The notes under the pieces were generated by a model that was not told the origin of the DNA, made no database searches, and was given only the letters and a program-made list of their open reading frames with translations. DNA of 62,170 nt from the IMG/VR virus record IMGVR_UViG_3300032294_001909, positions 1 through 62,170 of that record; one strand, given 5' to 3'. How positions within the stretch are numbered: the stretch's first letter is position 1; the number at the start of each line of letters is the position of its first letter. Source of the DNA: a virus (lineage: Duplodnaviria > Caudoviricetes). Positions 55,714-62,170 of the stretch are shown here, one piece after another. The position numbers and the translations under genes were made by a program.

Positions 55714-58700
55714 ATGAGAATAAATGTTCCGTTTACAAAATTGCGGCATGTATGCCATATTGCGGACGTACATATAAGATTATTTCGTCGGCATGAAGAA
55801 TATGAAATTGTGTTTGATCGGCTCTATAAAGACATTCGGTCGAAGCAACTGAAGAATTTTGTTATCGTGTTAGCCGGTGATATCGTTCACGCAAAAACTG
55901 ATATGAGCCCCGAAATGATAGAGGTAACGTCCGCATTTCTCAGAAACATAGCAGATATTGCGCCTACCATTTTAATTGCCGGGAATCATGATTGTAATTT
56001 AGCCAACCCTAATCGGTTGGATTCGCTAACACCAATAGTTAATAACTTGGGGCACCCCTCGTTGTATTACTTGAAAGACTCCGGAGTTGCATATGTGGCG
56101 GATACTGCATTTGCGGTGTGCTCTATATTTGATTCTCCGGAACACTGGCCCACGGCTGATGAATTGGACCCGGAAGTAGCACATAAGATTGCCTTGTACC
56201 ACGGCCCAGTTCACGGGGCTACGACGGATACAGGATTTATAATCACCAATGAGCACGTTCGCATCAAATCTTTCAACGGATTTGATATGGTATTGTTGGG
56301 GGATATCCACAGATTTCAGTGCCTACAAAATTACAGCGAAACGTTTAGCCGACCAATTATACAATATGCTGGGTCTCTTGTTCAACAAAATCACGGAGAG
56401 TCTCTTGCTGGGCATGGGTGGTGCTTATGGGATGTTCCCGACAGAACAGTAGAATTATGTGAAATTGAAAATGATTTTGGGTATGTAACCGTAGAAGTTG
56501 TTAATGGTACGTATACGTTACCTCCCAAGCTTCCAAAGAATATTAGAATGCGATTGTTTACGGGAGATCTAACACCCACCGAAGCAAACAATCTGATCTC
56601 TACTTTAAAAAGCAATTACAATATAATTGAATTAAGCGTAAATAAGCACAGAACGAAAAAGTCAATTGTTAGAACCAGCAATATAAAATTGAAAGAATTG
56701 GCTGATTTGTCGGATGTAAATACTCAAAATGAATTAATTTCTGACTGGATTTCTAGAAATGATCACACCGTAACAGCAAGTGATTTAGAGACTATTTTAT
56801 CTATTAATAAAGAGCTAAATACAAAAGTTTCACACGACGATCAGTCTAGAAATATTCACTGGAAACCTATCAAATTTACATTTGATAACATGTTTTCGTA
56901 TGGCGAAAATAACGAAATAAATTTTGATTCCATGAAAGGAATTTATGGAATATTTGCACCAAATGCTTCTGGAAAAAGCTCTATAATGGACTCACTAATG
57001 TTTTGTTTATACGACAAAACTCCCCGTGCGTTTAAGGGCGATCACATTCTTAACAATAGAAGAGACAAGTTTCAATGTGAATTAATTTTTGAAATTAATG
57101 ATGAAACATATGGTATAAGTCGGGTAGGAACTAGAAAAAAGAATGGCGATGTAAAGGTGGATGTTGATTTTTGGAAAGTTGAAAATGATGTAAAGATTTC
57201 TCTCAACGCAGAAGATCGACGTACAACCAACGCAATTATTCGTAATTATGTAGGAAGTTACGAAGACTTCGTAATGACTACTATGAGCGGGCAACTCGGG
57301 GCTTCGTTATTCATTGATAAATCCCACTCAGAAAGAAAAGATTTATTAAATCAATTTATGGGGCTTAATATTTTTGACAAATTAAACGAATTAGCGAACG
57401 TTGAGTCAAAAGAAATAAATGCCCTCCTAAAACGATTCAAAAAGTTAGAATTAACCGACTCGGTGACAGCAATTACCACGGAATTGAATGAATCTAAAAC
57501 TAAGTTAGAATTTACCACACATCAAGTAAAAGAATTAGAACTAAAACGAGACAAGTTAATTGAAAAATCAACCGAATTACAGCAAAAGAAACTTTCTGTT
57601 CCGGCGGTAAGCCTAAGTATAACAGAACTGACACAAACCCTTAACAAAAACAAAGCCGAGTTAAAGGAAAAAGAAGAACAACTTTTTCTTATGGATACCG
57701 TAATTGAAAAGGCGGAAATTGAGCGTGAAGTCGTGTCACAAGACTTAGAGCAATATGATTTAGTTGCTCTTAAAAAATCTATTGATAAAATTCGTTCACT
57801 TGAAGCGTTGTTAATTTCACATAATGCTAACATTAGGCACCTTTCAACAAAAATAGACGGGGCAATAAAGCTTCGAACTAAATTGCAAGCGTATGAATAC
57901 AATCCTACTTGTGCTGTGTGCGCAAAAAACAACAAGTCTATTATAGAAGAATTAAGCGCAGTTAATTCAGAGTTAGATCAATTATATGCAAATAAATTAA
58001 TAGAAGAGGGTATAGTAACCGAAACAATTAAAAGTATTGAAGAGTTGGTTGGTGATAAGGATGATTACAACACTGTTCAGGCATTGACTGAGTATTTGCG
58101 AAGAATCGATCAGTCCCTTGAAAATTTTAAAATACGTAAAGAAACATATTTATCTGATCAATATATGTTAAAATATGTTATCAACTCAACTAAAAATGAG
58201 ATCGAAATACACAACGAACACGCAAACGCTATAGCACATAATGACGCGCTAAATAATCAAATCAACGGATTAATCAATCCAGAAATCGTGTCAATAAAAA
58301 TGCAGTTATTAGATAAAGAAAAGGTAGTTCGAACGTTAATTGGAGACGTTAAAGTATTAGAAACTAAATTAGAAGATCTTTTCATAAAACTAAAAGAAGT
58401 TGATGATTTAGAAGCTAAGGCTAGAATATACTCGTTGTATATGGATGCTATTGGTAGGGACGGAATTCCGTATGAAATTATCGGAAAAACCATCCCATTG
58501 CTTGAAGACGAAATAAATGCGTTACTGTCTCAGATTGTAGAATTTAGAGTAAGTTTGGAGGTTGATGGTAAAAATATCAACAGTAGAATATCATACGATG
58601 ATGAAAGAATTTGGCCATTAGAAAACGGATCTGGCATGGAACGTTTCGTTAGTGGATTGGCCATTAGAGTTGCCCTGCTAAACGCAAGCAACTTACCAAA

Positions 58701-58899
58701 ACCAAATCTGTTAGTCATAGATGAAGGGTTTGCTGCGCTGGATGCTGAGCATTTAAATTCCATTCAAACGCTATTTAATATGATGAAACCGCAGTTTGAC
58801 TTTATGATCATCATAAGCCACCTAGAGTCCATGCGTGACATGGTTGACCATATCATAGAAATCAAAAAAGAAGATGGGTATAGCAGTATAAATATATAA
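55714..58899 (+). CDS. fused SbcD(Mre11)-SbcC(Rad50) nuclease/ATPase
   Basis: ADVH, GD, GNHD, GDIH; Walker A PNASGKS, CAVC hook, SGME, IDEG. Confidence 0.92.
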   Translation: MRINVPFTKLRHVCHIADVHIRLFRRHEEYEIVFDRLYKDIRSKQLKNFVIVLAGDIVHAKTDMSPEMIEVTSAFLRNIADIAPTILIAGNHDCNLANPNRLDSLTPIVNNLGHPSLYYLKDSGVAYVADTAFAVCSIFDSPEHWPTADELDPEVAHKIALYHGPVHGATTDTGFIITNEHVRIKSFNGFDMVLLGDIHRFQCLQNYSETFSRPIIQYAGSLVQQNHGESLAGHGWCLWDVPDRTVELCEIENDFGYVTVEVVNGTYTLPPKLPKNIRMRLFTGDLTPTEANNLISTLKSNYNIIELSVNKHRTKKSIVRTSNIKLKELADLSDVNTQNELISDWISRNDHTVTASDLETILSINKELNTKVSHDDQSRNIHWKPIKFTFDNMFSYGENNEINFDSMKGIYGIFAPNASGKSSIMDSLMFCLYDKTPRAFKGDHILNNRRDKFQCELIFEINDETYGISRVGTRKKNGDVKVDVDFWKVENDVKISLNAEDRRTTNAIIRNYVGSYEDFVMTTMSGQLGASLFIDKSHSERKDLLNQFMGLNIFDKLNELANVESKEINALLKRFKKLELTDSVTAITTELNESKTKLEFTTHQVKELELKRDKLIEKSTELQQKKLSVPAVSLSITELTQTLNKNKAELKEKEEQLFLMDTVIEKAEIEREVVSQDLEQYDLVALKKSIDKIRSLEALLISHNANIRHLSTKIDGAIKLRTKLQAYEYNPTCAVCAKNNKSIIEELSAVNSELDQLYANKLIEEGIVTETIKSIEELVGDKDDYNTVQALTEYLRRIDQSLENFKIRKETYLSDQYMLKYVINSTKNEIEIHNEHANAIAHNDALNNQINGLINPEIVSIKMQLLDKEKVVRTLIGDVKVLETKLEDLFIKLKEVDDLEAKARIYSLYMDAIGRDGIPYEIIGKTIPLLEDEINALLSQIVEFRVSLEVDGKNINSRISYDDERIWPLENGSGMERFVSGLAIRVALLNASNLPKPNLLVIDEGFAALDAEHLNSIQTLFNMMKPQFDFMIIISHLESMRDMVDHIIEIKKEDGYSSINI

Positions 58900-58949
58900 T
58901 GTTGTTAAGTTGTATATTTATTGTAGGCACTATTAATAAGAGATTGTGA

Positions 58950-61241
58950 ATGGCAAGAACCCGTAAATCTATACAACCATTAAATTTACACACCTACGAT
59001 GTATTGATAGAAGACAGAGGAGTGCGTTCCGACTACTTTAAAATATCCCAGTTCGATGGATATTTTTATGGTGGTCGTAACGCATTTTTGTTAGCGGGGG
59101 CCAGTGTATTAAAGCCCACTTCAAAAGTACTGGTTGAAATTTTAAACAAGGACAACAAAACGGTATACAGTGCCCCAGTTTCATCGTTCATAGAAGGGGA
59201 CTCCAGATTAATTCAAGTTGAAGTATATTCTGATACTCCAATTGGCCCGGGTAAAATAGTTTTGCTTGGGTGCGCGTCTTCTTTTATAGATGGATCTCCA
59301 ATCCCCAAAGAGTGGGAAGACAAATATAATGTTAGATGGATAACTGATGTTATTATTTCTCCTCTTATTGAAAATAAAACTCCTATTCGGTTTTATAATC
59401 CTCCAGTTGTTAGTGTTTCTGAAAAGTTATATGCAATACCGGCTACAGCGTCGTATTCTGAATCAGTAATACTTCCCGTAGATATAAAAATTTCCCCAAA
59501 AAAATACAATATTTTCCCAAACGGATACTTTCTTAATCTTGTAGGTCCATCCACCACTGAGTATTTGTCGGATTATTTAAATGGAGTAATTACAGGATCG
59601 ATTATATGTAAGACTAGTTCTTCCGTAGAATCTGCATCTATTAACTTACCTGTTACTAAAATATACAATTCTAAATTAGCTGAGACCGTGGGATCTTTAA
59701 TCTATACCGACTCTTCGAAACTTTTATTAGAAGGAACTATTAGTAGTAGCGGTATGTATATTGGTAATATAGAACCCTTCGGTCCCGTGAATATAACCAG
59801 TAGTTTAAATATACTGTATGGTAGGTTGAACACTAAAGAATCTGGGCAAACAAATTCATACGCTAATATTAGAATAGCAGATTTAAAAACCATTTCTGGT
59901 GAAATTCACAAAGTACAAGTATACTATAAAATAGCAACGGATCCCGCTGAATATGTTATCTTAACCGATGTTCCTACTAATGTAGAGGAACTTTTGGCGA
60001 TAGATACAGGTAGCGGTGTTCGTTCTACCGGAACGTTTAAAAATTTAGATGTGTTAAATTATTGGGCAAGCGCAACGATGTCCATACAAAAAAACGAAAA
60101 CGTTCAACAAGCACCAAACTATTACGCAACCTCATCTAATATATTATCAAACACTTTCATATTGGCTTCGTCTGATAAATTACTTGATTCTATAAATGCT
60201 ACCCCATTAATAGCAGGAAATAAATTTATAAACGATGTGTCATATTTTATCGGTACAAAGGAAAGAAATTCAATCGCATTATTTCCTAGAAGCGAGTATA
60301 CTCTGTCGTTTAATGCAATAGTAAATAAAAATTCTGGGTCTATTACGTTAGATCAACCCGATTATTCAGTAGAAGTCTATTTGGTGCCAGTTTCAGGATC
60401 AACGTCCCGGGTATTAAATCAAAATCCTTTGGGTCAATTACTCGGCGTTCTTACTCCATCGTCTACGTTTCAAAGTCAAAATTTTGACCGGGTGGAATTT
60501 AATTTTACACCTCAAATTGCTAATCCCGGGTTATATGGATTGCGATTTGTGTTTTATGGAGGATTCTGGAATATATCTAACGTGTCGGTGAAACCGGCAC
60601 AAGAACCATTTTTCAGTCCGGATGAAATTAATATATTAGTTCCGGTCATAGATTATGACAATTCATTAGTTCAATTCAAGGTAAACTTTTTAGATATTAA
60701 TAATAACTCGTCCGCGATTTATTCTGTATCCACACCAACATATTTTTCCGGTTCTCAAGTTTATGTTAAGCGTTCTGGTGATACTATGTCGGGAGCACTT
60801 ACCATAAATACGCCCAACGCCAAAGCGTTAAATTTAAATGGATTAACTTCTTTACAATCTGTTATAGAAAAAACTACAATTTCAAACATATCTGCTACCG
60901 GAACCGTTCATTTCGACGTTACAACACAGTCTATATTATTTTATTCTGCCAATTCGACTGGGAACTGGACGTTGAATCTCCGGGCTAACGCCGCCACAAG
61001 TCTCAATAGTATAATGGAAATTGGACAAACCATTACGATTGCATTTTTTGTATCTAACGGATCAACTCCATATTATCCTACCGCCCATAGTATAGATGGC
61101 GTTTCTATTACTCCATCGTGGCAAGGTGGCATTGTGCCTGTCGCAGGAAACGCAAATTGTATTGATGTTTACAATTACAGTATAGTAAAAACCGCAGATT
61201 CTACATTTATATTGTTAGCATCGCAAACTAGATTTGGGTAA
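58950..61241 (+). CDS. putative structural/tail protein
   Basis: 763 aa; YVKRSGDTMSG fibre-like motif. Confidence 0.7.
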   Translation: MARTRKSIQPLNLHTYDVLIEDRGVRSDYFKISQFDGYFYGGRNAFLLAGASVLKPTSKVLVEILNKDNKTVYSAPVSSFIEGDSRLIQVEVYSDTPIGPGKIVLLGCASSFIDGSPIPKEWEDKYNVRWITDVIISPLIENKTPIRFYNPPVVSVSEKLYAIPATASYSESVILPVDIKISPKKYNIFPNGYFLNLVGPSTTEYLSDYLNGVITGSIICKTSSSVESASINLPVTKIYNSKLAETVGSLIYTDSSKLLLEGTISSSGMYIGNIEPFGPVNITSSLNILYGRLNTKESGQTNSYANIRIADLKTISGEIHKVQVYYKIATDPAEYVILTDVPTNVEELLAIDTGSGVRSTGTFKNLDVLNYWASATMSIQKNENVQQAPNYYATSSNILSNTFILASSDKLLDSINATPLIAGNKFINDVSYFIGTKERNSIALFPRSEYTLSFNAIVNKNSGSITLDQPDYSVEVYLVPVSGSTSRVLNQNPLGQLLGVLTPSSTFQSQNFDRVEFNFTPQIANPGLYGLRFVFYGGFWNISNVSVKPAQEPFFSPDEINILVPVIDYDNSLVQFKVNFLDINNNSSAIYSVSTPTYFSGSQVYVKRSGDTMSGALTINTPNAKALNLNGLTSLQSVIEKTTISNISATGTVHFDVTTQSILFYSANSTGNWTLNLRANAATSLNSIMEIGQTITIAFFVSNGSTPYYPTAHSIDGVSITPSWQGGIVPVAGNANCIDVYNYSIVKTADSTFILLASQTRFG

Positions 61242-61243
61242 CT

Positions 61244-62170
61244 ATGTCTCCGGTTATTGGTTCTATCGGCGCGATGAGCGCACGTTCATTTGGATTATTT
61301 GGCGCAGCTACACCAACTCCAACGCCTTCGGTGACAGTTACTCCGTTTTTGTCACCTACTCCTACACCCACACCAACACCGTCGTTAACGGTCACTCCGA
61401 CCGTTACCCCATCAAACACAGTTACGCCCAGTGTTACTGCAACTCCGTCTAATACACAAACTCCTTCAGTAACGCCCACCCCGTCTAACACACAGACGCC
61501 ATCAAATACTACTACACCATCGGTGACACCAACAAACACCGTTACACCTTCTACCTCTTCAACTCCATCAAACACCGTCACGCCAACAAATACCTCTACT
61601 CCATCAAACACCCTTACGCCAACACAAACGCCCTCTAACACCGTTACGCCATCAAACACCGTTACGCCAACACAAACGCCGTCTAATACCGTTACGCCGT
61701 CTAATACTTCAACTCCATCAAACACCGCTACGCCATCACAAACTCCCTCTAATACCGTTACACCATCAAACACCGTTACGCCAACACAAACGCCGTCTAA
61801 TACCGTTACGCCGTCTAACACCGTTACGCCATCACAAACGCCCTCTAACACTGTTACGCCATCAAACACCGTTACGCCAACACAAACGCCGTCTAATACT
61901 ACAACACCATCAAACACTGCTACGCCAACACAAACACCGTCTAATACCCCAACACCATCAAACACCGTTACGCCAACACAAACGCCATCTAACACCGTTA
62001 CGCCGTCAAACACCGTTACACCAACACAAACGCCATCTAACACCGTTACGCCGTCAAACACCGTTACGCCAACTAACACCCCAACGCCCACTGTTACTCC
62101 TACGACACCCGCAAGCTCCGTTTGCTTTAACTCAAACGTCAATCAAATCTGCACAACGTGTGCTGCGTTC
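61244..62170 (+). CDS. Pro/Thr-rich (TPSNTV)n repeat protein, runs off the window end
   Basis: ATG 61244 MSPVIGSIGAMSARSFG...; 18-bp tandem repeats; open to the window end. Confidence 0.85.
   Translation, partial: MSPVIGSIGAMSARSFGLFGAATPTPTPSVTVTPFLSPTPTPTPTPSLTVTPTVTPSNTVTPSVTATPSNTQTPSVTPTPSNTQTPSNTTTPSVTPTNTVTPSTSSTPSNTVTPTNTSTPSNTLTPTQTPSNTVTPSNTVTPTQTPSNTVTPSNTSTPSNTATPSQTPSNTVTPSNTVTPTQTPSNTVTPSNTVTPSQTPSNTVTPSNTVTPTQTPSNTTTPSNTATPTQTPSNTPTPSNTVTPTQTPSNTVTPSNTVTPTQTPSNTVTPSNTVTPTNTPTPTVTPTTPASSVCFNSNVNQICTTCAAF

Noticed and set aside
61228-62142. Minus-strand 304-aa Val/Gly repeat ORF
   Set aside because: Antisense shadow of the plus-strand PT-repeat gene starting at 61244
10402-62170. 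Stop-codon reassignment as seen in some large phages
   Set aside because: Genes are long and tightly packed under code 11, TAG/TGA/TAA all end genes sensibly, and no suppressor tRNA was seen

Overview
Fragment of a large, myovirus-like phage genome with two very different parts. (1) Positions 1 to about 10150 are GC-rich (roughly 60% by eye). They form an array of about 15 small minus-strand transcription units, each with its own sigma70-type promoter and usually a GC hairpin terminator. Fourteen units are preceded by a paired inverted motif, GTGATAAAA(TGC)-N-(GCA)TTTTATCAC. The spacer sequence of this motif is unique each time, but its overall span (mostly 34-35 or 44-45 bp) and its distance to the -35 box (13-14, 44-45 or 106 bp) change in steps of about one helical turn. 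Cargo includes ArdC-like and RadC/JAB-like proteins, an acidic protein ending in an SSB-type DDLPF tail, a paralogous pair and many small unknowns. This is the most interesting candidate new system. (2) Positions from about 10400 to 62170 are AT-rich (roughly 35-40%). They carry 6 tRNAs, an aberrant tRNA-like RNA, a tmRNA, RtcB, GreA, Hsp20, UvsE, a thioesterase, HNH and NUMOD3 endonucleases, a putative late sigma factor with a TATTTAT(A) promoter motif, a baseplate/tail module, a primase, a resolvase-like protein and a fused SbcD-SbcC nuclease. A candidate -1 programmed frameshift lies at 14099-14105. All annotation comes from motif reading only; no database searches were run.
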